From Girardia tigrina (Eukaryota), in contig MQRK01239584.1 of assembly GCA_001938485.1 (NCBI GenBank), positions 1-64,000 on the forward strand: a stretch of 64,000 nt of DNA, written 5' to 3'. The translations under genes were made by a program, and so were the position numbers. Of the stretch, positions 12,701 through 27,700 are shown in pieces. Numbering within the stretch: the stretch's first letter is position 1; every line of letters begins with the position of its first letter. Below the pieces are notes generated by a model. It ran no database searches, was not told the DNA's origin, and worked only from the letters and a program-made list of their open reading frames with translations.

Positions 12701-15700
12701 CAATAAAGATTTTAAAGTGATTTTAAATAATTTTGACACAAATTATGAAAGGATTATTGCCGAAGCATTGTTAATAAAGCATCATTAAACGTGCAAGGTG
12801 ATTCATCTAATCATATTAAAGTTTTTTAAATATTTTTAAATATCATTAAAATACTTTTTTTTTAAAAAAAAAGAAAAAAAGCATGTTTTTGAGACGTATG
12901 ATGTAATAGTTTTTCAACTATATAAATAGTAATTAATCACTTTATTTCATTGCACTGAAGATGCCGAAATGGTGAAACGCTTATGTATTGCGAATACATT
13001 TAATATTCAAAAATGGCTTTTCTTTTCATATATATATATATATACATATATTCACTGGAGGTGTCCTTTTGTTTTTTATTGTCAGTTTTGTTCGTTTTAA
13101 ATTTTTATAGAAAATGAATAAATTTTCCTTGATTTTGATAAAAAATAGGAAGTAAATGATTGCTTATTTGAATTGGCAAACAATTTAAAACAATGAGATA
13201 TTTTTAAATTATCTGTCTTTGACGACATTTTATCAGTTGTTTATTATCATTATTTATTACGGTTTGTACCACATCATTAATCGTTTTCAATTGTCTCAAT
13301 GTCATAAATCTCGCAATTTTTACTCCCACGGTGAAACTTAAAATCACTGGTGATAGTTTTATTTATTTATTTGGTTCAGCAAAATCATTGATGTTTTAAA
13401 ACTCACTAATTACTGATTGAAACAATTTAGTACAACATATTCTTGGTATAAAACATACTTCTTTTATGGTTTAAAACATACTTTTATATCATATTTTAAC
13501 AAAGAAATAATAAAATTTCGACAAAGTAACACTTCTATCTGCTTTCAGGGATGAAAACAGTAGTCGGAGCACTTTTAGAAGCCGTCAAACAACTACGAGA
13601 TGCGATGGTCTTAACCGTATTTCTGCTATCAATTTTCGCTTTAATTGGCTTACAACTTTATCGGGGAACATTACTTCGAAAATGTGTTCTTGAATTTAAT
13701 GAAACCTTATTGTATGACGACCCGTCCTACTTTAGCAATCTTTCGAATGTAGAGAAGTGGAAAATCCAAGCCAATTTCTTTAACAACGAAAGTGAAATTT
13801 TTACTTGTACTTAGATACATTTCCATGTTGCTATTTTCAGGTAATTGGCATAATCCCATGCGACAGTGCCAGAATTATACAACAACTGATAGTTGGTAAT
13901 TATATACTTAATGTATTTCTATCACAAATTTATTTTATAGGGCTTCATCGTGTCCGAAAGGTTATGTTTGTTTTCAGACAAAAAAAGGAAATCCGAATTA
14001 TGGATACACGAATTTTGACAATTTTATTTACTCTCTTTTATGTGCCTTTCGACTGATGACCCAAGATTATTGGGAAAATTTATATCAACTGGTAAGTTTT
14101 TCAAAGTTGGATAATTGAATGTTATTTTAATTTTCAATTATTGTTGTTGTTTTAATATTTGACTGTTTGTGTTAGAATTTAAATATACAGGGTGACACAA
14201 AATAAACTCCAAGGTACTTTTCTATTGGATCTTTTTATCCACCTACTTTTTTATAGGTAAAGTATACATTTTTAGAATCCTGAGCGTCGCCAAATTCTGT
14301 TGGTATATAAAAAAACTCAAAAAAATCAAAAAAAAACATCAAAAATTAAAAAAAAATTTTGAGACGAAAAATTTAACAAGCGTTTTTTTAAGATTTTTAG
14401 AAAGTTTTACCCTAAAATTTGATTCAAATGACGTATACGGATCAGCAAAAAGCTCATCTCGTTTTGATGCTTGTTGAGGAAGCCTATGATTATGCGCAGC
14501 TCAAAACTCGATTCCGAAGTGAAACAGGAAATGATCGAGCAAAGATTCCGGAAAAAAGAGTCATTGTAAAATGGATTGACGATTTTCGAGCGATTGAAAG
14601 TGTCCATGGAAAGCGCGGAAAGAACACGAGCCAAAACGTGTTCGCACCAAAGAAGCCATTGAAGACGTCCGTGAAGCCTTTACTGCAAATCCTCATCTAT
14701 CAACTCGACGCAATCCATTTGTTTCAACTGGCGATACTGACAGCGAAGAAGACGATCAAGGAACAGTTCGTATGTCACAAAGAAGCTTGTAGCGAATTTT
14801 GAAAGAAGACTTACAGATGCGTCCCTATCATTTGCAAATGGCTCATGCCTTGGAGGAGACCGACTATGCCGCTCGAATNNNNNNNNNNNNNNNNNNNNNN
14901 NNNNNNNNNNNNNNNNNNNNNNNNNNNNNNNNNNNNNNNNNNNNNNNNNNNNNNNNNNNNNNNNNNNNNNNNNNNNNNNNNNNNNNNNNNNNNNNNNNNN
15001 NNNNNNNNNNNNNNNNNNNNNNNNNNNNNNNNNNNNNNNNNNNNNNNNNNNNNNNNNNNNNNNNNNNNNNNNNNNNNNNNNNNNNNNNNNNNNNNNNNNN
15101 NNNNNNNNNNNNNNNNNNNNNNNNNNNNNNNNNNNNNNNNNNNNNNNNNNNNNNNNNNNNNNNNNNNNNNNNNNNNNNNNNNNNNNNNNNNNNNNNNNNN
15201 NNNNNNNNNNNNNNNNNNNNTGAATTGTATCAAGAGCACGTTATTCCAGAGCTTCAAACTTGGCCGAATTTCAATTCTCTCATTGAGCAGCATGACGGCG
15301 CTCCGCCACACATTCTTGGAGATTTTCTTGAATTGTTTGATGAACAGTTTCCAAATCGATGGATAGGTCGCAGAACATGGGCGCATCCTACTCCAGTTAC
15401 ATGGCTACCTCGCTCGCCAGATCTTACAGCATGTGACTATTGGTTGTGGGGCTACATGAAAGGTCGAATTTATCATCGCGAACAACGTGCAATCACACTC
15501 GAAGAGTTGAGAGCAGCGATTGAAGGAGTTGCCAATGAAATCCGTGGAGACCGTGCATTTCGTGAACGCGCTGTGGCCGACTACAGACGACGTTTGCATG
15601 AATGTTTTCTTAGAGATCGAGGACAAGTTGAAATTCGATAATTAATTGTTGTTATGCTTTTATGGAATAAAAAGCTTGGTAAATTTTTCCTCTCAAAATT

Positions 15701-18700
15701 TTTTTTTAATTTTTGATGTTTTTTTCGATTTGTTTTATATACCAACAGAATTTGGCGACGCTCAGGATTCTAAAAATGTATACTTTACCTATAAAAAAGT
15801 AGGTGGATAAAAAGATCCAATTGAAAAGTACCTTGGAGTTTATTTTGCGTCACCCTGTATTTATTCTTGATGAATTTCGATTGTGTTCTTACTGGTGACC
15901 ACACCCACTCAAATCTCGAAACCAAATCGGTGATATGGTAGTGAGCAGGGCGGAAGAGAGAAGAAAATTATTTTCAAAATTACTACTTGCTGCTCAAGAA
16001 GCACTGGCACCGAAGGTATCTTTTTTTGATGGTAAATCGGATAACGCAGGGAAATGGCTGGATGAAACAAAGGAGTTTGCGTTATTCAACCAAATGGAAA
16101 TGTCATTTGCCTTTGACATGCTTCTACGAGGGGACTTCCGTCTGTTATGGAACGAATTTAGTGCAAATCGGAAAGATTTGTCGAACGAAGAAGTGTGCAG
16201 ATGGTTTCTATCAACATTTACCAAACCGAGGAGTGTCGTGGACAAAGTCAAGGAGCTAAGCAACGTTTCTCAACTACACGACGAACGATATCAATGTTTC
16301 GAGTTACGAGTAAGATCATTAGTTACCGAAATTTCTTAGACGTCAGAAGCAATGGATGAAATTATTAAAACATTTGTAGTCCATGGCATACATAATGATA
16401 AGCCACGAGAAGCATTTATTTTAGAACCGGATATGGCGTCAGAAAAGCGTCTTACAATGGCCAGTTTGCTGGAGCAATTGACTCCTAAATCAGTCGCAGC
16501 AGTTTTACCAAATAGGTCTTAAAATCAATCCTCAGAAGTGCCGTTTGAAGGAGTTTGAAGTTAGATTTTTAGGACATGTAGTAAGTAGCAAAGGAATAGA
16601 AACATGTGAAGATAAAATCAAATCGATTAATGAAGCACCGGTTCCAAAATGCGCAACTCAATTGCGTTCTTTCTTGGGTCTTGCCAATTACTACCTGCGA
16701 TTTATCAAAGATTTTGCTAAAATATCAAAGCCTTTATATGCGGCCAGTGCCACTAAAGAGATATTTTACTGGTCACAGAAGTGTGCAGACAGTTTTGATG
16801 AACTTAAAAAGTGTCTTTCTACAAGTCCGGTATTATGCTTCCCAAAAATGGTGCTAAATACAGATGCCAGCTTCTCTGCTATTGGAGGGACATTAAATCA
16901 AATTCAAGAAGATGGATCGGAACGGGTGATAGCTTACGGATCGAGAACCCTGAGTGAGCACGAAAAGGGCTACTGTGTTACCAGAAAGGAATTGCTAGCA
17001 TTAAGAGATTACATGTTGCATTTCAAGCATTATTTAAATGGAAAAAAGTTCTTGGCTCGTACCGATCATAAAGCACTTTTATTTATGCCCCAGACAAGCA
17101 AATCACGCAGTTCTCAATTTCAGACATGGATTGAAGATTTGTCGGGTTTTCAATATGACTTGCAGTACAGGAAAGGATCAGAACATACAAATGCAGATGG
17201 GATCTCAAGATTGTCAGAAGCATTATGCGCTCAATGTATGACGAAACATGTTGGAGCTAAAACAATTAAGAGTAACGTAAAGTATTTAAACACTTGTCAC
17301 ACGATGGATCTCCACCATATGAAGGACGTCCAACGAGAAGATAAAAATATTCTGGAAATTATTACTTCATTAGAACCTAATGAACCACCTTCAATAGATC
17401 AGTTACAAGGTACCTTGTTGGAACACATTAATCACTTGATATTAGAAGATGAATTGCTATTCTATCGGGATGGACATATAAAACGAGCGGTTGTCCCAGA
17501 AGCTGCTCAAAATCGATTAATTCAGTACATTCATCAAGATTTATGTCACATAGGATATAAGAAGTTGTATGAATATATGCAGGATATTTATTTCTGGCAA
17601 CAAATGCGACAGACAATTGAGAAGGTTTCTAGAGAATGTGTTATTTGTGCAAAACGGAAGGTACTAACAACACCATCTAAGGAGACTTTTTTACCTCCAG
17701 ATTATAGAACATTATTTGAAGAAGTTATAATGTATATTGCACATTTTTTACCTTCTAAAACGGGAAAGAAATATGTACTTGTGATGGTTGATAGATTTAG
17801 CAATTGGTACAACTTCGTAATCAAGATGAAAACACGTTGATTGCTGCTATTAAAAATAGATGGATTTAACGATTCGGGAAACCCAGATCATTTTTTACAG
17901 ACAGGGGAAAAACTTTTGAAGGTAACAAGTTGCGGGAGATGTGTAAAACCTTTAATATATCTCAAGAATTTTCGTCTCCGTACCAACACCAATCCAATGG
18001 ATTAGCAAAGCACATGATTCGTTCATTGCGTGATATGGTAGTTACGTCTAGTGCATCTCAAAATGATTCTCTAGACTGGGAAGAACTGCTTCCAAAAATT
18101 GAATTTCTTCTGAATACAACTTGGCAAAGCTCTATCGGATGTACTCCATTTGAGGTTTTATTTAGACAGAAGCTGAATTTACATGGCACATTCAATAGAT
18201 TACCCCATGTACAATCAAATCCAATGACAGTTGAACATAATTCTAAGTCTGCATATCGATTACAGATGCAAGATGATGAAAAACGAGGACATCGGATTTT
18301 TCAGGTGGGAGAGGAAGTGTTAGTAAAGTTGGAACCTCACAAATTGAGGAAAGAAGGATTCAGATATGAAGGGTCATATAAAATTGTAAAATTCCTCACT
18401 CCTCATCAAGTGGTTCTGAAGTATCCCAGATCCTTGAAATCGCGCCGCATTGAATGGTTGAAAAAGTATACAAGACCTTCAAACTAAAGAGGCGGAAGTT
18501 GGATGATTGAATTTTATTTTAAAATTTAATTATTGTTGTTGTTTTAATATTTGATTATTTGTGTTAGAATTTAAATATATTAATTCTTGATGGATTTCGA
18601 TTGTGTTCTTACTAAGAATATTTTGTAATTTAAATTTTAAACATAATTGTAATTTAAATTCATTCCAATAATTAGAGATTTAGAAATAGAATTAAAATTT

Positions 18701-21700
18701 ATTAATCAAGAATGATATCTAGTTATGAAAGTTTTATGGAGAATCGTCCTGGAGGCAATTTGATTAGTGATGTAAATATTGGTAATCATTTAAGTGTTCT
18801 TATTAACGACTTCACTCACAAAAGAAGAAAGTAACTTCCTTCAAATCCTACAAAAACCTTCATTTTGAACTAACACGTGTATAATAATTTCTTTCTTCAA
18901 AACAAAATGAATATGTAAAGGGTAATGGCTTTTCATTCTGAAAGTTTTCTATTTTCTGAAAAGTGTTTCAAAAGAAGACTCATGATTGTTAAAAGGTTCA
19001 TCCATCGTCAATATCAATGATTTTCTTCGGGATTGGACTTCTTATTCGGTAATATAACCTAACATAAAATAACCTTTGTTTTTAAAAACTTAATTACCCA
19101 TGATGGAAGCGCTTCTGAACAAATGCATCTCGATAAAGAAACGGAAAGAGATTAGAAAACAAAATCATAAATTTATTGCATGACGAAAAATTTTAGTTGA
19201 GAATTTGTTAACATTATTTTTTTTATAATGTAAAATATTCTACAATCATTAAAAATTATTATTTTATATTCTAATTAAAAGAAACGAAATTAAAAGTAAT
19301 TTAACCGTTCAAGACAATACGCACAAATGGAGATTATCATATTCTCTATTTTATGATGGTCATATTTTTCGGTTCCTTTTACCTAATCAATGTCATATTG
19401 GCTATTGTGGCAATGTCATATGATGATGTACGTGCAGCCATTCAAGCTGAAGAAGCTGGAGATGAAGCGGATAAAAGAGTATATTTTTTTATACAATATT
19501 TTTTAATTTATGTATTTTGTTACTTAAGGAGCAAGAAGAGAGAAGAGAGAAAATTATTGATCGAATTGATGAAGAACTAGGAGTAGACAGTTCAGAGGAT
19601 CTTACCTCTCAAATGAACGATAATCAGTTGAGACCTTATTCTAAAGATGGTTGGAGTATACGCTCGTATGTAAGAAAACCTAGCGTTATTAAACCAGACT
19701 TAGTTGATGAATATAACGTAAAAAGTTGTAATAATAGTTTTAATTTTTATCATTCTTTTACTAGTCAAAAAGTTATCAAGTGTCAAACGCTGATGATGGA
19801 AGTGAACCCAGACTAAGTATATGCGATTACGATTCTCGTGAGCGAATTTTAGACATGAATAGATTGACGTGTCCATTAGAATCATACTACAGAGGACGTA
19901 TTAGTTTTAATTATGTTGACAGATCAGAGTCAGAAGCTACAACTCCAATATTACCTCATTCTCCAAGATCTTTGGTAGCAGGAAAAAGAGCCATAGGATC
20001 TGTAAGTTCTTATACACAAATGCTTGACGAAAGACAGTAAGTAATATTTATTTTAAAAATATAAATCTAATATGATCAATTGATTATATGAATTGACAAA
20101 CATATACACTAAACCTATACGTGGAATAATACGAAACTAATATTGGTTCATTTTTCAATGAACCTGTTAATATCATTTATACATACAGGTTTGGACATTG
20201 AAATAAGAGAATTATAAAAGTGTCGTATAAATAAGATTTTATTGTTGAGAGACCCTTAAAAATATTCTGGCAAATAATATTTAACAAATAATCGTAATAA
20301 TTGTACAAACAAGTTCACAGTTTACGTAAACGGTAATGCATGTCACATAATGTTGGAAAAGGCGACATTCAGAAAAAATTTAGAACATACTGTAGATGTC
20401 TTAAAGCTCATTTGCAGTCCATATTCCTATGGTCTGATACATTGTAGTTCACAGATATTCATAACAAATTTTAAGAGTTCGATCGTCGCCGACTCAATCA
20501 AATCAGAGCCGATATACAATTTACCTAGTATTAACAGCATCACAATTTGAATGCAAACATTTATTGACAACACAAACAGTTTCTTCACAACAATTTTCAT
20601 TGGTCATCTTTCTTTGATTGATATAGTTTCTTTGTTAATATATTCAAATCTAAAAAAAACAATGAATAGGAAAGATTAATAATAAATTTTAATTTCTCAT
20701 AATTTTTATTGGATAAAAGTCATTACATAATTTTTTAAATAAACATTAATTTTTAAAATATATTACATTTAATAAGTTAAAATCATTNNNNNNNNNNNNN
20801 NNNNNNNNNNNNNNNNNNNNNNNNNNNNNNNNNNNNNACTTAAAATTAATATCATTAAATTAATTTCATTAGATTCAAATAATCAATCAATAAACATATC
20901 AATCCCATCTGAGTAGGAGAGTCACAAATCTAAACAGCATACAAACGACAAACTTATAATATTCCAAATTATCCCTCATACCTAGATTAACAATCGATTT
21001 GATAAATATTAACAAACTACAATATTCTTATAATACAGCTCTCATAACTTATTCAATGGAGAAGCTCCAAGCAATTGTTGATAAACTAAAAAATCGAACA
21101 AAAAGGACTGTTTATCAATGTCAAGAAAACAGAATGCATGGTCATTAGTAAGAATAAGATACCACCTGTTAGCGCCATTTATAAATGGCCAACAAGTGAA
21201 ACAAGTCACTAGTTTCAATTATTGGGGAAGCTTGATCACTTCAAATGGCAAGGGGAATCAAGAGATCAAATGAATGATTTCCATGGCTAAAGATACAAGA
21301 TAACTCACCCCAAAAATAGTAAAATCACAATGAAAAGCAATTTAAGATTTCTAGAATGTTATGTTTATCTTTTTCTTTCATATGGCTCAGAATGTAGAAC
21401 GATTTCACAAGAAATAGAAAAGAGAATTATTGCAGTTGAAATATGGCTTTGAGCTGAACAATAAAGATTAGTTGAAGCAGTCACATTTTTATTGACGATA
21501 AATGGACACAGTCTGACTATAAAAATGGAAAATTAATCATGACCTTCAGAAAAAGGAAACATAAATCATTTGTTCACATCATGAGAAAAGAGGGATTAGA
21601 AAATTAAATCACCTCTGGAAAGATTTTTAGCAGGAGAAATTGCGGTAGACAGCACCTAATACGCTTGAAAAGCTTATTCCTCGTGTTAAACGATTTCTCT

Positions 21701-24700
21701 GCGTAATTACTTCAACATACAAGACATCGTTTTGACATGGAGGTCAATGGGGACCAATGCACAGAAGGTATAGGGCACCACAAAAGTTGCTGAAACCCAA
21801 TTCGACTTTTCTTCAAAATTTTGAAAGATTGAAAAATTGAAATATTTATTGTTATATATAATATATAATTTATTTATTTTTTTACTTCTTATCATTTGTG
21901 AAAAATAGTTCTACTATATTTTATAACCAAAATTAATAACAGGAAAAATCATTTTATTATATTTTTAATAAAGGTCGAAATCATACTTGGATCCAAATTT
22001 GCTCCATACAAGCCATTCTAGAATTCTTGCGATGAATAGACTCTCAAGGACCGACAACTCAAATGAAATTAAAAGACAATTATCTCAAAAACTTCGACGC
22101 CGAATGTCCAAAAACCAATCTTTCCGTCAACGTACCGAGGTTGAATCCATAAATAGTGATATCTTTGTTAAAGTTAATCAGGAAGGTAATTATTATTATA
22201 GTTATAACTGTTAATATTACAATATTATTGTATCATACTTGTTATATCATTGCAAATTTTTACTTTAAAGGCTATTCAATACAAAAATAAAATTCAAAAG
22301 CCACAGTTTATTTTTATCAATCTTACTGAGAACAACCGATTTATAAGAGGTGAAGGATATCGTACTATATGCAGTTTTACGGTCATCTCCTACGGTAATT
22401 AAGCAAGCAACCTATCAACTATCAAATGAACTTATCACTTTAGCAAACTAATTAGATTTAAAGTTAAATACTTTTAAATAATCTAGTTAAAGAGTTGCAT
22501 CTGATGATCCATGTGTCCCTGCATTCAACATCGAGGGACCTCTTGTTCGTAGACCAAATGTAAAAATGTCCAAACACACTACTTGAGAAGAATTCAAAAC
22601 ATCTGAATCTATTCCATATTCTTCAATTTCGAGCACCGTTAAAAGAACCTTAGAAATCCTCGCTCACTGCTTGATTATTTCATAGCTCTTAAGAATATTT
22701 AGACAAGTCACGTTTGAACTTTTATTACAATCACATTTAGAGTCATTATGACTCTCAGAAAGTCTTTCATCGTTTGCCATCCTTCTATTTGGTTTTCTTA
22801 TTTTTATTTTTAATCATGATTATTCGAACATTTTTTCTAAGTCATTTTTTTAAAATATATTAATTAATATTAATTAAAATAATAAATTTTACCATTTCTC
22901 AATAAGTCCCAAAATAATAAAAATGTCATCAAATTATTAAAAATACATTTAATTTAAATTTTACCAAAAAATATTAAACTTAATTTTAATTGTGAAATTA
23001 AAAATATGAACTTATAAAATGATTATTTTAATTATGTTCAAATAGCCAATCACTTTAAATTTAATAAAAAAATACCAATTTCCATCTGGGTGGGAGAATC
23101 ATCATTCTAAATTCAACATACTTAAATCAACATACATCATCACTACATTTACACATTCACACAATTTAAAATATTGCTCACAATAGTCATAAACAAGATT
23201 GTGAATAAACCAGAATACAGTGAATCATGTGCAGCACCCAATAATGCTTTTTTAGGGGTCAGAATGTTTAAAAAGACATAATTCATATGTTCTTTCAAAC
23301 GTGCAGCACATGGTCTTGCGAAATTGCGCTCTACAACATTAAAGATAATTTTTTCTTCAATGATTTCTCTTTACAGTATTGATAAAATTTAGCTGTTCAA
23401 CTAATATTATCAAATGTTAGCCTAACAACTACTATTTGAAACAGCAACATGAGACATTCACTTGTTAGAAAACCAAAGACGCTAAACTTTATTATGTCTC
23501 TTAACTCTCCAAAAACTTATTTAAAGAAAAAGAAATAGCATTGCTTCTATCTGTATTTTGGTTCACTTTGAGGAACTCAATTCGGGCCTCATTATTTGCT
23601 TCTGATAAAAATAAGACTGGAGTAGATTTCTAACATTTGCAATACACTCAACTAGTCAACATTCGATGGACTGAGGTTTTAGGAATTCCTTCGAATTAAT
23701 TGTTAGTCAAGGAATTTTAACGTAGAAAATTTATTGAATACTAAATCTCGATTTTCTGGAACTTCTGGTCAAGTACCGCGACAGTGTGAAACAGTTTCTT
23801 TGACCAGGCCTCTATATCTTTGAGGTGGCTGGACATTATCTTTTCTCTTCAATCTCTTTCTAATATTTTCTATGGCCATTTTTATTGATCTGACTTGAAT
23901 CACCACACTGAATTCAATGGTGTATTTCATAACGTCTGACCTGGGTCACTTTGAATCTTCATGGTCACTTCAAGAATCAAATAAATTACATATTAAATTT
24001 TCCGAATTTTATTGATCGATACTTTGATAACATTATATTATTAAATATAATATCAACTATAGTACTTCTATACCTTCATAAAATATATCATTCATGTTAA
24101 ATTTAAAATGTAATTAACAATGAAAGAATTATAAATGTTGTAATATTATTTATTATTTTTGTCTCATTTCAATAGAAAAATATATTTAAAACTGCTTTTT
24201 GCTCTCTGTAATGAGTATTATATGCGTCACCAATGAGTACATAAAATTTATAGCAGAACAACAATTTTTTATGAACCATATAGGACTTTGTCTGATGTGT
24301 TGAATTGGATGAGTCTGTTTTCAGAATCATCGGTTGCCACTTCGGTGATCACGACAAGCTGTATAGGACAGCTACTTTGCAGGTTTTATTGGAATGGAAT
24401 TGGCTGAGGTCGTCATAGCTCCTCAATATCGTCATCGAATATCGCCCCTTCATTTAGTGTTGTTCTCGGATTTTGGATTTGGTCGTCTCGAAACTACGAC
24501 AGATTGTTGGCATTTCTCGAATCGTTAAAGCCGGCCTGGAGGACCATCGAATATTTGATCTGATTTATATACAAAAGCAAATAGCTTTTTCCCTGCTCTC
24601 AAGGAATAAAGTTTCCAGAGAATCACAGTTCTGGAGGATCCAGACACCTAAAGATCCTATAATAAATGTGAAGAACAACACCATATGATGTATGTAATGG

Positions 24701-27700
24701 TCTTTAATCAAGTCTTTAAGAAGTCTGTATTTCTCAATGTTGACCCTATTAACCCGTTTCAAGTTTTGTTTATCATAAAAGGGACATTTCACATCGATCA
24801 AAACAATATGTTTGAGTTCAGGAAAGTATAACCTGCAGGTCAACTTTGAGCGAAGAGTACACAATAACAAAAAACATTGACGTCTCTTTCAACGTTGCAG
24901 TATTCACGAATTTCCGAGGCAAGAATGTTAACAACAGAATCATGTCGAGCATTGATGTTAGATTGAATAGAAGAACAATCACAGAGAACATGTTTTATGG
25001 TTTTATGTCGTTCCCTCTGTGTCGAATCTGAAATGAAAGTTCCGTTCCCAACGAAATCTGAAAATAATATTATTAAGCCGATCTTTCTTTGTATAAACGT
25101 ATTTCTTATAGTCAAACAAATATGGTAATAAATTGCAAATTTAAAAATCTCTACGAATTTTTTGAAAGTAGATATGGTCCTGTGATATATATTCAAGAAC
25201 TCATCAAAGAAAAAATGAATTATAGGCCCTAATTAAAGACGTATAATTATCCGTAATTACTGCTGTTAAGAGATAAAAACTGTCGTTGGAGACATAAGCG
25301 CCCACAGAATATTTTCCAGGATCGGGCAAATTAACCACTTTCTTTAGGTAGAATTTTCCTAGGTGGTCAAAATTAAAACTACTGGGTAGAATTTTTTAAA
25401 AATAGCAATTTATTTATTTATTCAGTTTAGTTCTCTTCAAATTCTAAATTATAAAAACATATGTAACATTAGTAAACAACAACATACATAGTAAACAACA
25501 TAACAAAGAAAATAATCTAACTTATAGATATCAGAAAACTAATGTTTTTTTCAAAAGAATTTGCTCTTGAATAAGTTTTTGTATACGACTTATTTTTCCG
25601 GCAATCTCAAAGCAAAAACCTTTATGAAAATAATCTTCAATTCCTTGTTATTTATTTATTGGATTATTAATCTATTTTCGTAATGTAATTTTTCTCAGCC
25701 TATTTATCTAAAATATTTTTTTAGATTTTGGCAGCCTTCTAGCATCTTATTTATAATTTTCCGATTTCTTAGTGAAATATTTTTTTTCAAATTTTTTTCA
25801 TCAGTACCCTACCTTGCTCCCCCTTGTTGGGACCCATAGCGGGAGATAAGATTTTATTTAAAATTATTTTTTAAAGTGAATAAGAAATTAGAAAAGAAAA
25901 ATTAAAAAGATAAAATTATCTAAAAGTTTTGAGTAAAACTAAAATTAAATAAAAAACTTTGGTTCCGGAAAAATGTTTCTCAAAAAAATAGAAACTATTT
26001 CAGGAGTTGTTTAAATATTCAGCGGCACAAAGTGTATTAATTCATTTGTGTATTTGCGTCAAATACATTCTGAAATAATCGATGGACTCGTTTATTCAAA
26101 TGGGTGACGTACCACCAAAACTAAGAACTGCTGATGATTTTGTATTCACTAAAACGGTCCTTAAAATCGCTTTTATGATTTACAAGAAATACTTTTATTC
26201 AAATTTAATATTATTAAAAAAATTAACGCTTATTTAAAAGTTTTGAATATTATTTGATAATAGTTTGTATTCTCAGATGATACTATGATCAATGAACTGA
26301 ATCAGTATATAAAAAATCCCGAACTACAATCAGCATTAAGTGCTTTAAGTATTTACGAAACGGAAACAAAAATTAAAAAAAAAGAATTGATTAAACAGTG
26401 GTTTCTGAAAACCTTTTGCAGCTGGACTTGTTGCCCGATGTATTTTAAGTTTCAATCTATCGTTGCTTTTATTGTACTTGATCCATTTGTGGAACTTTTC
26501 ATCACACTCTGTATCGTCATGAATACTGTGTTAATGTCAATCGACTCTCCTACCAACGGGGAGTCAATGACCACCTTTCTTAAAGGTGCCAATTTCGTAA
26601 ATAATTGTATTGTTGTAGTAAAATTATTATAATTGTTTTAAACAGTTCTTTACAACTACATTTGGACTAGAAGCATTCATGAAGCTTATAGCTCTTGGAC
26701 CTGAGCCTTATTTTAAAGAACCTTGGAACATATTTGATTTCATAATTGTTGTTCTAAGTCTTGTGGAACTACCAGCAGATTCTTCTGGATCCATGTCTAT
26801 ATTGAGAGCTTTTCGATTAGTAATTTAAATGTTTATTTGTATTTATATCATTTTTTTTTAATCATTATTATTATTTTATTAAATTTTTAATACTATATCT
26901 AATATTTGATTTTTGTTATAGAGATTTCTATGGTTATCTTCTCATTTTAAAGTGTAAAAGTGGTAGAAGTCGTATACATTGAATTTGATGCGACTCTGAG
27001 AATGAGGGAAGAGACATTAAACATCCTTAAATAAACAATCCATTCAATTCTGAATGACGATTTGAGCAAAACAAAGGTCTTGGCTAATTCTTTTCCGTTT
27101 ACACGAACAAAAGAGTGAAAATCGATGAAATTGTAACATTCCAGAGAGATCGTATGGGCAGTAAATGACAGACCAACTAAACCGAAAACAACCCGTCGGA
27201 AAACGAATGAACGGCAAAATCATGAACTCCAATTAAAAAAGATGACATGTTCAATTTAAAGATAAATTCCGTTCATCACAAATCTTCAAACAGTTACATT
27301 TGCTTCATATTAAGTAGATTTTTGATAGTTGATAGGAAGGATACTCCAAAGTAAACCAGAATATAGCGATCCTGACGACTGGCGTCTGTCACACGATAGC
27401 ACACTAAGTCAGACATTATTTAATCTCCATCAAGCTTTTTCACGAAGTCATAAGATTAACCGTGTCTTAATTAAATTGTAGATAGATTAAACTTTCTTCT
27501 TGATTACCCAATTTCATTAGTTAATAAGCAGCTCGAACGTTTGATTGGTCTTTTAATTTTTATTACTCGAAATGGGTTTTTAATTTTTCGCACATTGCTG
27601 CACCCTTCTTTTAATTCAAACAAGTCAGAATCTGTAGCTCATGAATCAATAGCAGTTCCGGACCGGAAAGCTGTTCTTACTTTACAAACTGAGACATCTA

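Larger units (their letters stand above)
11440..13026 (-). mobile_element. Penelope-like element with inverted pLTR/GIY-YIG duplication
   Basis: Minus strand: RT end [19 protein letters not shown], linker, then [28 protein letters not shown]. Arms 11440-11963 and 12502-13026 are near-identical inverted repeats. Confidence 0.92.
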
